64,000 nucleotides of DNA from Hydrolagus colliei. Lineage: Eukaryota. Of this stretch, positions 1 to 12,688 are shown in pieces. The first letter of the stretch is position 1. Each line of letters begins with the position of its first letter. A program made the translations under genes and the position numbers. The notes under the pieces were generated by a model. That model ran no database searches. It was not told where the DNA came from and worked only from the letters and a program-made list of their open reading frames with translations. Where the stretch lies: NCBI GenBank assembly GCA_035084275.1, contig CM068767.1, forward strand, positions 5,766,001 through 5,830,000, written 5' to 3'.

Positions 1-300
1 GTTACATATGGGTGTTTTATCCAAGTGGTAGAGAACGGAAGCAAAGTTGGAGTTGGAGGTGGCCTTGACGAGGCTGAAGGTCATGTCTCCAACAGAACGA
101 GACACGCTTCAGGGTTAGTTGGTTCATTAACTGGTAACAGAGTAACTGGTCTGTGAACGGAACAGTGAGGCTAAGTATCTTTTTGAGTTACTGGGTTCAG
201 CGAAGGGGGCCGTGAGCTTAACTTGACATACTATCTTCCGCCATTAGAGTGCCTGCTCCCGGGCATCTGGCCATCAATTGAGCTATTCCAGGTGAGCAAG
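1..300 (-). mobile_element. Possible highly decayed LINE endonuclease remnant
   Basis: Minus-strand fragments VHRP and (L)VLLGDM..SNFASVLYHL weakly resemble L2 EN motifs YRPP and GDFN, but only across frameshifts. Confidence 0.25.
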
Positions 301-516
301 TCAACAATGTGTGCGTCTCTACTCTACTTCTCTCTGAGCTGCTTGTACCGCACTCCCCCGTCACCCACCCCCATTCCCCCCCCCCCCCCCCCCACCACTT
401 CCACATACACACTCCCCACCCCGCTCAGCTACCGCAAGCCTCAGCACCCGATTTTTACTTCCGCAGCACACCATCGGTTGCCAGCCCTTCAGTCAGTCAC
501 TACACAGTTTGCCTCT

Positions 517-820
517 AATAATAACCAATGATCCTTGCATTTGACATAGCGTCTTATCGCGTCTTCGAGGCGTCTCAAAGTGTTCCACAGACTATGTAAA
601 GTGAATTGATTGTGTCTTCCGTGGGAAAAACGCGGCAGCCAATTGCACACACAGCAGTGCCCTGCTCTACTCAACTCAGAGGGGACGGATTATTATTATT
701 AGGTAGTGTATGTGGAGGAAGGAAACTTGCCCAAGGTTTCGCCCTGACCTGCCTGGATTCGAAACACAGGTCTCACGCTTGTAAGGCGAGCACTCTAACC
801 CACTGAGCTACAGGAGCTCC
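517..820 (-). mobile_element. tRNA-head/Deu-domain SINE, near full length
   Basis: Reverse of GGAGCTCCTGTAGCTCAGTGG (A box)..TTCGAATCC (B box), core tgtgcaattggctgccgcgttt, L2-like tail and (att)n. Confidence 0.9.
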
Positions 821-3285
821 GTTGCTCAGAGTAGGAGGTCAAAGATGGTGGGGGTTGGACATTGTCACAGTGAGGCATTGGGGTTGGGTGGGATGCTGAG
901 AGGGGTTCTGACATTGGCAAAAGCGATGGGGGGTTTGGGGGTGGGGTGGGGGATGGGGGGAGGTCGGGCAGAATAGAGGGATCTTCGGTCTGCATCTACT
1001 TGTCTTTGGTGTAAAATTTGGGGTGGTGGGGGTGAAGTCACTGGCACTGGCCCTTTAAGATCGCTTAACCGTCTAGAGCACAATATTCTTAAGCAGTCCT
1101 CTCATATTAATTAAAGGGCTGTTTCCCCCCCCCCGCCCCCAACCACCACCACCTCTCTCTCTCTCTCTGCATTATCCCCTGATGCCTACTCCTTGCCTTT
1201 TATCATTTAAATATAAAGAGAGAAAAAAATAACAGCGTGAAAAATGTATTGCGGGAGAGTGAGTGACCCGGCTTCGCTTTGTCTCGATGTGTCCTTTGAG
1301 AGCGCAGTGTAAATATGGTCAGAGAGGGGAGGGGAGGGGAGGGGAGGGGGGCGGGGGGGGGTGAGGGGGGGGCGTTGGGGGAGAAGGGGAAGGGGAGTGG
1401 TGGGGGGTTGGGGGGAGAGCGCGAGCATTGGGGTGGGTCAGGTAGTGGGTCAGCGGTGGTAGAACGCAGTAAATGACTTCCCCCGGGCTGTAATAACAGT
1501 AACTGTCAGAGAGGGGGGGAAAAAAAGAGCATTGACCAAGTCCAAACAAGAAGGCGAGGGGAGTGGTGGGGCGGGGGGGGGGCGGGAGGGGGGGGGGGGG
1601 GGGTTGGGGGGGAGAGCAAGAGAGAGTGTGTGTGTGTGTGTAGCCTGGAGGGAACGACGGGCAAAACAAAAACGTGCTTATTTCAATCTCCCATCCACCC
1701 CCACCCAGCTCCCCTCCAACTCCCTCCCTCCCTCCTTCCTCCCTCTCTCTCTGTTGCTCTCCGCACCCCCCCCCCTCCGCACCCACCCCACCCACTCCCC
1801 ACCCCCCACCCTCCTCCCGTCTCAGAGCGAGCTGTAAAAAGGTGCGGGGGATAGGCTCTGAAGATTGCCACAGGGAGAAAAACCTTTGGAGTTTTTATGG
1901 CAATTTTCTGCATCAAATATTTTGATAATTAAGCAAAGCTGATCAGAAGAGAAACAACCGGTCTCCAGAGCTTGGGAGCAGAGCCCCATAAAATGGAATA
2001 TCTACAAAATGCCAAGGGCGCCTTTAGCAGATTAATGATGCTCCAGTAATAGACTTTTCCCATGCAAACCTTTTGGAGGAAAGAAAGCGGAGTCTTTAAA
2101 AAAAAATGCGCAGGTGTATAGGAATGCCATGCACAGGTTGGCGGGGGTGGGGGGGGGGGGGGGGGGGTGGGGGGTGGGGGGGGTGCGGGTGGCTGGCGAG
2201 GTCCAAAACCACACCGGTTCAGAGCACAGGAGCACAAGGGCGCTGGAAATTTATGAAAGGAACTATCCGAGGTTATTCATTAATCCTCTTCTCCTCACTG
2301 CCCCACCGCCCCCACCCCCTCCCTCCCCCCTTCCCCCCCCCTTCCCCCCACCCCCCCCACAACATCCCACCCATCCACCTTTTCCACACGCTCCCCACGC
2401 TCCCCCCCCACCCATCACCAGAACCATTCCATTAATTCTGTCCAGGCTGAATCTGGAATATTTTTCTCAACCCCCCCCCAGCCTCCACCACCCTCCCCCC
2501 ACCCCACTTCACACACACTAACCAGAATAATTGCATGTCATATAGAACCTTAACACGTCATCGAGACGTCTCAAAGCGCTCTGAGACGCCGTCCGGCGTG
2601 GAGGGCACTATATAAATCGAAATTGTTGCTGCTGTTGTTGTCTCACACGCGCTTCACAGAATATCCTGTAAAGTGGAGCCACTGTGTGGTTTGTGGGGCA
2701 AAATGTGGCTGCCAATAATAATAATAAATAATATTAGTGCAGCGGTAATAATAATAGTCATACTAGTACTGGGGCCATTGACGCCCTGGTTCCCACCGAG
2801 CTTTCCCTCTCGCCGTGCGGTATCTCGGTATCAAAGGCGCAGTTTGGTGGGTCATTTCATGACCGTTTGTGAGCGTCCGCTTGCCAGCGTTGGACAAGAA
2901 AATGCGCGGTTAGATAGTCTTTGAGCTTGCCGTCTAAGCCAACACTCCCAATACAGCGTTGGGTGGTTAAGGCGATCTTCCTTCGGATGAGATGTTAAGC
3001 CAAAATCCTGTTTGCCTGTTTAAAGGTCCTGGCTCGCCGTGGAGAAAGAGAGTTTCTCTCTCTCTCTCTCTCACTCTCTCTCACTCTCTCTCTTGCTCCC
3101 CTGGCCAACAAGCCTATGAGATCAAATCGACCATTCACTTCACGTTTTTGTGGACGTAAAGAGAGGAACGAAACCGTGATAGTGAAATGAAACGGTGTCC
3201 TTATTCAACTGAGATCGTTTCTAACACCTTTGATAACATTGTATTCATCACGGCTTATGATATTTTTTTGGGGGGGGAGGGAGGG

Positions 3286-3420
3286 NNNNNNNNNNNNNNN
3301 NNNNNNNNNNNNNNNNNNNNNNNNNNNNNNNNNNNNNNNNNNNNNNNNNNNNNNNNNNNNNNNNNNNNNNNNNNNNNNNNNNNNNNNNNNNNNNNNNNNN
3401 NNNNNNNNNNNNNNNNNNNN
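3286..3420. other. Assembly gap (135 N)
   Basis: Run of N after a G-rich tract. Confidence 0.99.
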
Positions 3421-3537
3421 GTGATGTTAAATTTGCCCAATAAAAATCATAGAAAAGAACCCAGGTGTGGTTCAGTCAGTCTCTGGAGGTAGCAGTATCG
3501 GTTTCAGTCTCTCCGCTACTCCCCCACCCTCCCCACA

Positions 3538-3737
3538 NNNNNNNNNNNNNNNNNNNNNNNNNNNNNNNNNNNNNNNNNNNNNNNNNNNNNNNNNNNNNNN
3601 NNNNNNNNNNNNNNNNNNNNNNNNNNNNNNNNNNNNNNNNNNNNNNNNNNNNNNNNNNNNNNNNNNNNNNNNNNNNNNNNNNNNNNNNNNNNNNNNNNNN
3701 NNNNNNNNNNNNNNNNNNNNNNNNNNNNNNNNNNNNN
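3538..3737. other. Assembly gap (200 N)
   Basis: Run of N after a C-rich tract. Confidence 0.99.
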
Positions 3738-6639
3738 TCCCCCACATCGTGCCTTGGCCATCTCTGGTCCTCCTCCCGAGCCGGGCGGGTTGGCAGTATT
3801 TCGCTGTTGACAGTCAAGACAAGCGAGGCCTGGTTCCTCGGCAGGACTTGTAGGGACAGAATAGTTAATGGGAGCCACTCGATCCTCGTTTTCTTCAACG
3901 CCATCGCCGCAGACGACAAATTTGATTGATCCGATCGATGCCTCGAGATTGGCCTCTTGCCCAGAGAAAGAGAGAGAGAGAGAGAGAGAGAACAGGTGTA
4001 GTCTGTAGATGAATAAGACAGCCATTTTGCGCACAGCAAAACGCCCCCAAAAAACAGCCACGAAGCTAGGGGCCGATTTTACCCGTGAGACCGATGGCTG
4101 GGTTCTAAAAAAAAAACAGACCTTCATCTGTGAGCGTGGAGAGGGTGTGACTTACTGCTTACTGAAGAGGACAACACATTTGTGACAGCTGTTGCATGCA
4201 CTGAACATATGTACTGCCTCTGTACGGTAGCTGACAGTGATTTCAATGTCAATGCAGACCTGACAGCTTGTCTCATTACGCTGGCGTCTCACGCAGCATC
4301 TCGCGCACGGAGGCAAGAGTTTGCTGGCACGATAAGGCACTTAGATCAACGTGAGTATTATTATTAGCGCTGCAATCTGCCTCTCCGAGCTGCTCACTCC
4401 CGACTCATTCCTCTAGCTCTGCGCGTAAAGGCATTCAATCTGCACCTTCCCCTCTCTCAGCTGGAGTCCGTGAATATATGACTTCCCTGCACTAATGCCA
4501 TATATCATGTCCCCTGCGCTAAAGTCCTCGTATAATGTAATATTTGATATATTGCCGTTTAGTACAATATAACGCACAATTATCCTATTTAGTAGCCCTT
4601 AGTACCCATATAGTGTACAATATCTAATCCATCATCCCCTTACACTGTCGCTCGCTGGAAGCACAGGTCAACCTGCCTGAATAGGTAGCAAGCTCGACTC
4701 GAGGGCAGAAGGTTTTTTTGTGGGGTGGGGGGGGTCGTTTAGGGGTTCAAGCCCCACGTTCGCAGAAGATTTCTTCCTTTCCCTCCTTCCCACGCCCCAC
4801 CCTCGTCCGACAAACACACGCACAACACCCCACCCCCCAAGCCTCGCGCCCCCCCCACTTACCCCACACCCCCCCAGCGGCCACCTCCGCCATTGGCGAG
4901 AGCGCGAGAAGCTCACTGATGACAAAGTAAAATAAGAATGAACAGGACCCAAGGGGTGGTGGTTCTCAGTCATTAATCAAACCGAGTAACTCAGATGATA
5001 TCATAAAGCCTGAGAGGTTTCAGCTTTTATAACCATCATTTAAGGCCAGATTACTACCTTGAAATCTCTCCAGGATATCTGTTATTTTTTATAATATAAA
5101 CTGTAAAGTTTTATGGGGTGTTTTTTGACTCGGTTTGGGGTCCACAGTCTTTCCCCGAGCATGTGGCTGTCAGGATCGGGTTTCACTGAATACAAGACAT
5201 CGAAACGGAGAGTAATCAAACGGTTTTCTATTATCCGGGAGACTTTAGTGCGGAATCATTGTCGGTTAAGCCCGAGAGAAGGTTTATTTTTATGGCAGGT
5301 TATTTTGAAGCAATTTTGCATGTCTCAGTGTCGTAATTTTCAATGTAGTTTGTCACTGTACTCCCGGAGTGTATGTAGAGGATAACCTATTTGGGTTTGA
5401 ATTGGCTCTATGGTGACTTGCATGGGCAACGGTACATTGGAATCAGAGCCCTGTCAATCACTGGCTTGTTGGCAAGAGTTGGAGGACTGGACAGTCTTCC
5501 TGCTTTATAATAATAATAATAATAATAATCTTTGGATTTAATAAAGTGCCTTATCGGTTCATTGAGACATCTTAAAAATCTGGTCAGAATATATTGTAAA
5601 GCGAGTTTGACTGCATATTGTCTGGGTGAAACGCGGTAGTCGCAGTTGTGGACTCGGCGATCGAATCTCGAATTACTCTAAGCTTTTCGCAACCGACTGG
5701 GAATCAAACCTGGTTCCTCGTGGCTTGCCAGCTGTGGGTGCTAAACCACTATGACATGTTTCCTGCCAGTCCTCTTGGATTAGGGTGGCCTTACTAGGAC
5801 AAGCAGGCAGAAAGCTTGTCCGAACGTAACTTATGGTGTTTAAGTTCTTGGCTTGATATATGAAAGTGCGAGTTATCGGAGCGAGAGAGAAAAGAGAGAT
5901 CCAACCTTCGCTGGTAGAACTATCAAGCGTCTCGGCCAACTCTCCCTACCGTCAAATTGATTGTTCCTTGCGTGGCTGTGAGCAGGAGTAATAATGATAA
6001 TAATACTAATAATAAATATGGTCAGATATTAAGCACATTTCTAAGGAATATTGTTCCCTACGTATGGGCACTCGAGTCAATCACACGATTTCTCCTCGAG
6101 GAATCGCATTCAGGAATGCCTCAACTTAGACGCCAATAGAAAATGATTAGTGGGGTGGGGGAAATTGATGAGGGTGTACAGGGGGAAATATTATCACACC
6201 CACCGCTGAGTGACTTGGCTCTTTAAGATGATAACAATCGAACTCCCGTTCTAAATTAGGTAAAGAGATAGCTACACAATCCCTCAAACCCTAAGCCGGG
6301 CCATTTGCCCCCCACGCCCCCCCCCCCCACCCCATGTCTCAAGACAAGCCATGTGCTCTGAGCACCACCTGCTGGATCAACGACGGAATAACACAGGATT
6401 GAACGAGGTCAACTTGACCCACTGGAATCCCAAACCACAACGCCATACCATTTGCCCTAAACACCTGTGTGCGCAGTTAACGTCGCCGCAACCGTTTCCA
6501 GGCGGAGATTTTTATTTTTTATTTTTCACTGCGTTGTTGTTATACCACGTACGATACATAAGCTTTTGAGACGAATTAAAAGTAACGGAACGGCGTTAGA
6601 ATTTAAAAAAATTAAATAAATTCAATGGTTAGTACAATT

Positions 6640-6915
6640 TTGGCGTCAGCCCAGTTGGTTGGGCTTCTGAATCAGGAGGTTGTGGGTTCAAGCCGTTGAG
6701 CTCACAGTCTAGGCTCGTGTTCCACAGCTGTGCTGGTTTGGGTAAGAGGAGGCGCCATCCTTCAGATGAGACATTAAACCAGGTTCTCACCCGTCCCCTA
6801 ATCAGGCAAACTTTATAGGTCTTATGGCACTACTGGAAAATAAAATAAAATCCCGTGAAGCGCTTTGAGACGTCTCGGAGAACGTGACAAGACACTGTCT
6901 CAAATCCAAGTGATA
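6640..6915 (+). mobile_element. Older, SacSINE1-like DeuSINE with a different tRNA head
   Basis: tctgaatcaggaggttgtgggttcaagcc head, 5' Deu segment gccatccttcagatgagacattaaacc, L2-like tail. Related fragments at about 2910-3110, 9630-9720, 49960-50270, 52860-53160 and 63500-63650. Confidence 0.7.
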
Positions 6916-7606
6916 TCGTATTTGTCATTCTCGGTGCGTCGCGAAAAAAAAAGCCATGGGAGAATTAGAGCGCGACGTAATTGTAAAACCCGGATCTTTT
7001 AACGGATTTCGATAGACGAACGAAACGAGACGCTGACACAGTTAGGAAATAGAGATGGAATTAGGCTCAAACCCATTAAAAAAAACGTTTCCTCAAATTA
7101 TTCTTTTGATTTCTGACACCATCAGAAAAAAAATTGGGGGTCTAAAATGCGACTTGGGCAGCTAGCCCATGGGTAAACATGTTCCCTGGGATAGCCCAGG
7201 TGCTAATAGGGAGTGTAAATGATCGGTAATGCATTCTAATACATTGTAATAATGTAGGGGCTTTAATTAAGCAATGAATGATACATGCCCTGGTGCTGGA
7301 AGGGGAGAGGGGAAAGGAGGAGGAGGAGGAGGGTAAATTGTGCTATTTCCTAACGCTTTCTTTAATAGGAAGCGTTTGGTTATTGATTGATTATTGATCG
7401 GTTGGCCGCCTGAGTAATGCGACAACCTTATCCCTTATTACAAAATCCTTCCCTGTTAGGCAACACGGCAAAAACACTGCACTCCAGGCTGGGTGGGTGG
7501 GGTGTGTTGGTTGAGGTCGGGGTAGAGGCGTAGAACGATACAGATTCGATGCGCTTGGTGCTCGGGGATGACATTATTCCCGCGAACGAGGCAGAAACGT
7601 CGGACA

Positions 7607-7635
7607 GACACACACGCGTGCACACACACACACAC

Positions 7636-7665
<30 letters not shown>
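7607..7665. repeat. (CA)n microsatellite; other examples: (CT)n 3053-3092 and 32740-32786, (GT)n 25709-25740, (AG)n 63832-63858
   Basis: Direct reading. Confidence 0.95.
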
Positions 7666-7666
<1 letters not shown>

Positions 7667-9825
7667 AACCCGAGGCTGGCTTCTCCATTTTTAATTTCTT
7701 CCACGACAACAAATAATAAAAAAAAAGCCCCCAGTAGCATTAGAGAGCACTAATCTTTGGAAGGTTAATTTATTCATGGATATTTTGACAGAGATGTATG
7801 GCTCGGCCCAACATTCTCAGCGTTCCTTCCCACAGGGGAAGCCGAGCCGTGTCAGCAGCATTTTGGTCAGAGAAACATGAGGAAGCCCGTCTGTGAAGGG
7901 ACTGTAAAATCTCTGGCCCGGATCTGTGAGGGGAGAGGCGAGGCTGGGGCTTTCCAAGCGCGGGAGGGGGGGGGTGGGGGGGTGGGGGATGGAAGGGACG
8001 ACAAAGTAGGACCCGTTAAAGTGACTTTCAGATCCGGAAAGGCGCCGTTTCCGACCGAGTTAGTCGATTTCAAGATCCTCGCTCTTTTTTTTTTCCAAGC
8101 CTCTCCAGTCCTCTGCGCGTACACACACACACCCCTCCCTACCTCTCCGACCTTCTCTGTCCCCCCCAACACAGCACCCGTCGATTATCATTATTATTAT
8201 GCGTGCGTGTGGGTGCGTGTGGAGTGAGGAAACTTGCCCAAGGTTTCGCCCTGACCTGATTCAAACCCAGGTCTCAACGGTTACAAGGCGAGTGTCTCTA
8301 ACCACCGAGCTCCAAAAAGTGTAAGATGTTACACTTCACTCCGCGCGAATCTGTACCTATTACAAAAATCCTGCGTCACTATTGATTGGAAAAGAGAAGG
8401 GGGTTTCTCTCTCCCAGCACCCGAGTAGAAGCCCCATCCCACGCCCCACTCCCGGATAAAATCAGTCATTCAATTCATAGCTGTTCATGGTGAGTTCGCT
8501 GTGTATACACCGGCTGCTGCACTCACTTGTGGAACACACAGCCACTACACTTTTACAGTCAGATGGTGTGAAGCACTTTGAGACGTCATCCTGACGTGTT
8601 AGGCGCTGCATCAAATCAAAGGATTCGTATAGTTGCTATTGCAAAGACCTCTCGGATTTCCTAACTGAAGTGAAGGTTTTTGTGGCTAAGTGAACATTTT
8701 GGGTTTGGGAGTCAGCTTGAGATGGGGGCTGAAAGTGTAGGAGGCGGTGGGTCCGCGGGGGGGGGGAACCTGGAATATAAACGATTATGTAAACTATAAA
8801 CTGGTTGAGAGACTACACAATGCCTTGAAATAGTGAGAGGAGGTAAACCCCCTTAGGCTAGCCAGAGTCAAAGGCAGCAAAGATTGGGAACAAAGTTTTT
8901 TTTTTACAGTGTATTGGCACACTGGAATGTCATAACGCAATATCGCTGAGCAAGGCAAACTCATCCGCTAATCTGCCCACAAAGTATTGGGCCTCAGTAT
9001 TGGCAGTTTCAGCCTTTGACCCATTGACTAAGTAGTTGCCAACATCGCGCTGATGGAGTGAGAGTCAAATCCATCCCCCTCCAGCAGAGAAACTCGGTCG
9101 CAAGCGTCTGTCCCCTTCAACCTTTCTCTCTCTCTCTCGCTCATAAACAGTGATTTATGGTTGATTAGTGGAGGATTTTCACTTCCCAAAATTCAAAACG
9201 GGAGCGATCCAGCCACTCAATCCACGATTGTTTGTGGGGGGAACGCGTGTAGTTGGCTAACCGCCGCGTTTCGCCCCCCCCCACCCCCCACACCCCCTCC
9301 CCCACACACACACAGTGTACAGTGTACAGTGTACACCTTGCATTACGTTTGGGTGAGGCGCTTTGAGACGTCTTGAAGATGTGAATAGGCGCTATCGCAA
9401 ATAAAATAGTTTTACAAAAAAACTATAGGAACCCACAGGGATATAAGTGAGGAGTTTGAGCTGCTCACACAGTCCAGTCGAGGGCCAATGCAGAGTTTCA
9501 GATAATAATATAATAATAATAATTAATAATAATCCTTGCATTTTGATATAGCAGCTTTTCACGTCTTCTAGACGTCTCAAAGCGCTTCACAGAATATACT
9601 GTAAACTGGATCGACTGTATGTTTGTGGGCGATGCCTCCTTCAGATGAGACTTTAAATCAAGGTTCCATTTATGCCTGTTCAGGTGGACACGAAAAACTT
9701 TGTTGCTCTTTTGGAAAATGTCTCCACTTTATCCTAGCTGACAATCTCCCCCCACCACCCTCCCCCACTCCTCATCCCCGCCCCCCACCACCACCGCCCC
9801 CCAAATGAAATTTGTCATTCATTTC

Positions 9826-10110
9826 CTGTGTTCAAATCCAGGCAGGTCAGAGCGAAACCTTGGGCAAGTTTCCTTACTCCACACACCTAATAATAATCCC
9901 TCCAAATAAAAAAACCACAATAATAAAATTGGTCATTTCAATCCATGACTGTCTGTGGGAGACACTGCTGTGTGCGCAATTGGCCTCCGCGTTTTCGCTC
10001 ACATATGTACAGTCAATTCACTTTGCAGTAGATTCTGTGAAGCCGCTTTGAGATAACAGTCCAGAAGACGTGAAAAACGCCGCATCAAAATGCCAGGATT
10101 ATTATTATTT
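9826..10110 (+). mobile_element. Same SINE family, lacking the A-box part
   Basis: B box, core and tail present. Confidence 0.85.
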
Positions 10111-12351
10111 TATTCAACATTATTTTTCATGCCCGTTTGTGGGTCATTGTGGAACTTGGTGGGAGAAAGAAAAAGAGAGAAGGAGAGGAGGAGAGCGAGA
10201 ACGAGAATTCGAGAGGGTTAAAAGAAAGATAGCGACAGAGAGAGAGAGAGAGAGAGAAGAGAAAGAAAGTGAAAAAGTACACAAGGCTCGATCCGATCGG
10301 CCAGCAGTATATAAATAAAGGTTACACCGTTCCTCCTCCTCCAAGGCCTCAAAGTGTTAATGCACTTTTAGAGGAAGCTTGGCGATACCTCATAAATCTG
10401 AGCATTTTCTTTGCTCCAGTTTTTTCCTGTGGTGTTGTGCTGCTGTGAGTTCCTGGATTTGTACACAGACAGCTTGTAAAATTGCCCGAAACATCTGAGA
10501 GACATTAGTGGCGCTGATCTGCCAGCGCTGGAGCAAAGTGTCATCAGGTCTCAATGCAGCACCCTGCAGACAAGGCCTTTGCCAAAGCTGCAACCAATTT
10601 CAAATAACCCATGTCAAAACCTGTAACTTCTTTTTTTTCTCTCGCTCTCTCGCTCACTCACTCGCTCGCTCGCTCGCTCGATCACTCACCCGCTCGCTCA
10701 CTCTCCCTCTAATTCTCTTTCTGCCCCCACTAATGAGGATTAGTAGCAGTGAAAGTGTTGAAAATGTAACCTATCCATCTCTTCTCCCCCTCTCTCCCCC
10801 CCTCCTCCCACTCTCTCTCTCTCTCTCCCGCTAACACCCCCTCCACCCCCACCACACTCCCCCCATCCGTCATGTCCTCATTCCCAATCCCCTCCCCCAT
10901 ACAAGCCAACACCGCAAATCCTTGCGCGTCTGCTGTGAAGCGCGTTGAGACATCTCGAAGACGCGATAAGGCGCTATGTCAAAGGCAAGGATTATTATTA
11001 TTATTATGATTGCTTGCGATGCGTACAGAAAAAGATTTTTAAAAACCCCTCGGAAAAGTTTTCGGGCCTCCTGTTTACTTTGAATGGGAAAAAAAAACGC
11101 GAGTAAAATACGAGTTGCAAAGATAAAAGAAGAAAATATATGGGATTAGGGAAGCACAGAAGCCCCAACTACTGCCAGTACAAACACGAGAAGCGTGTGT
11201 GTGTGTGTGGGGGGGGTGGGGGGAGAGACAATCATTCACACTGTGCAACCAAAGCACTCATTCTGACCTGGGATGGACTTGCCTTGTATGAAATGTCCCT
11301 TCGCTGTATTTACAAGCTCTCTGGTGTGTTTTCTTCTCAACCCCTCTACCGCCCACACCCACCTCCCTCCCTCCCTCCCTCCCCACCACCCACCTAAGCT
11401 CATCCATCCACCCACCCACTCACCCGCTATCAATCAGTCCTATAGTATCTGTTACACGCCAGCATTCAGCCAAACCTAACAATTTCCTAACTTGTGTGTC
11501 TCTCCTTTCCTTCCCTTATTCCTTTACCATTTTCTCTTTGGAGGTGGATTATTCAACGGGGCCGGGAGAGAGGGAGGGGGCCGGTGGGAGGTGGTGATAG
11601 CGGCGGGGGTGAGTTGGAGTGAGTTGGGGTGAGTGGGAGTTGGGCGTACAAATTCTTAACACAGCGAACGAGAAACTTTTCGACGTCCTGAAAAACTTTT
11701 AGGGACAAGGCTGCCTTGAGCCGATGCCTTCAATTAACATCATTTTCAGTAAATCCCTCATGTCAGCTCAGGGCAGAGAATGGAAAGTCCTTTCTTCCTT
11801 ATTTCGATCTTTCGCCGAGCCTATTTGCCTTGAGCCCATCTAATTGAAAGTGATCTTCAGTGCGAGTGAGCAGTGACTAATCCTTGTCTATGGCTGCCCA
11901 CATGGTCCTGATTATTATCACACCGGACTAGTTTATTCAATTTCTCATTTCTTTTTTTTTATGGCCAGATACATTTCTAAGATGACATTATTAACTCCAT
12001 CCTTGCAAGTTCCTCTCCTCGCTACAGCTCAATAGATCTTATCACCCCCCACCCCCACCACCTCCTCCCCTCCCCCCCCCAACCCCCCGTTGTCTACAGT
12101 TACCTCTCGAGGATTCTGTAGATTACATTGGGAATAACAGGCAATTGACGGAATTACAGCCTTAATATCACGGTAACCCATGCGTGCGTTTGTGTAAACA
12201 GTAAGGGAGAAGAGTGTGCGGCCCCCGAAATTCCGCCCGGTCCTAGCCTGACTGTCCCGAAGTCAAAGAGTGTTTGAGAAACTATGGCAAACTTGTTCGT
12301 CCACAGCAGTTAAGACGGACGAGGCGTTTCCAAATTGATACCGGGTTTTGG

Positions 12352-12688
12352 GGGGATATGTAGCTCAGCGGTTAGAGCACTCGCCTTACAAGCATGAGAC
12401 CTGTATGTTCGAATCCAGGCAGATCAGGGCGAAACCTTGGGCAAGTTTCCTTACGCGCCTAATAATAATCCGTTCCCCCCCCAAAAAAACACAATAATTA
12501 AAAATTGGTCATTTCAATCCTCGGCTGTTTGTGGGGGACGCTGCTGTGCGCAATCGGCCGCCGCGTTTCTCCCACAGACATACAGTCGATTCTCTTTACA
12601 GTACGTTCTGTGAAGCGCTTTGAGACGTCGATAAGATGTGAAACGCGCTATATCGAATGCAAGGTTTATTATTTACATTATTATTATT
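12352..12688 (+). mobile_element. Same SINE family, full length
   Basis: Head, core and tail (gtgaagcgctttgagacgtc..caagg(att)n) present. Confidence 0.9.

Noticed and set aside
1207-2521. Proline-rich or glycine-rich ORFs
   Set aside because: They arise from C/G homopolymer tracts and microsatellites, not genes.
3187-4127. ORFs spanning N runs
   Set aside because: Artefacts of translating gaps.
9311-9330. CACAGTG heptamers as V(D)J recombination signals near the Ig-domain gene
   Set aside because: No correctly spaced ACAAAAACC nonamer was found, and the Ig gene is B7-type and unrearranged.
12352-12430. SINE heads as tRNA genes (Val/Ala-like, A and B boxes present)
   Set aside because: They lack a proper acceptor stem and run straight into the SINE body; dozens of diverged copies are present.
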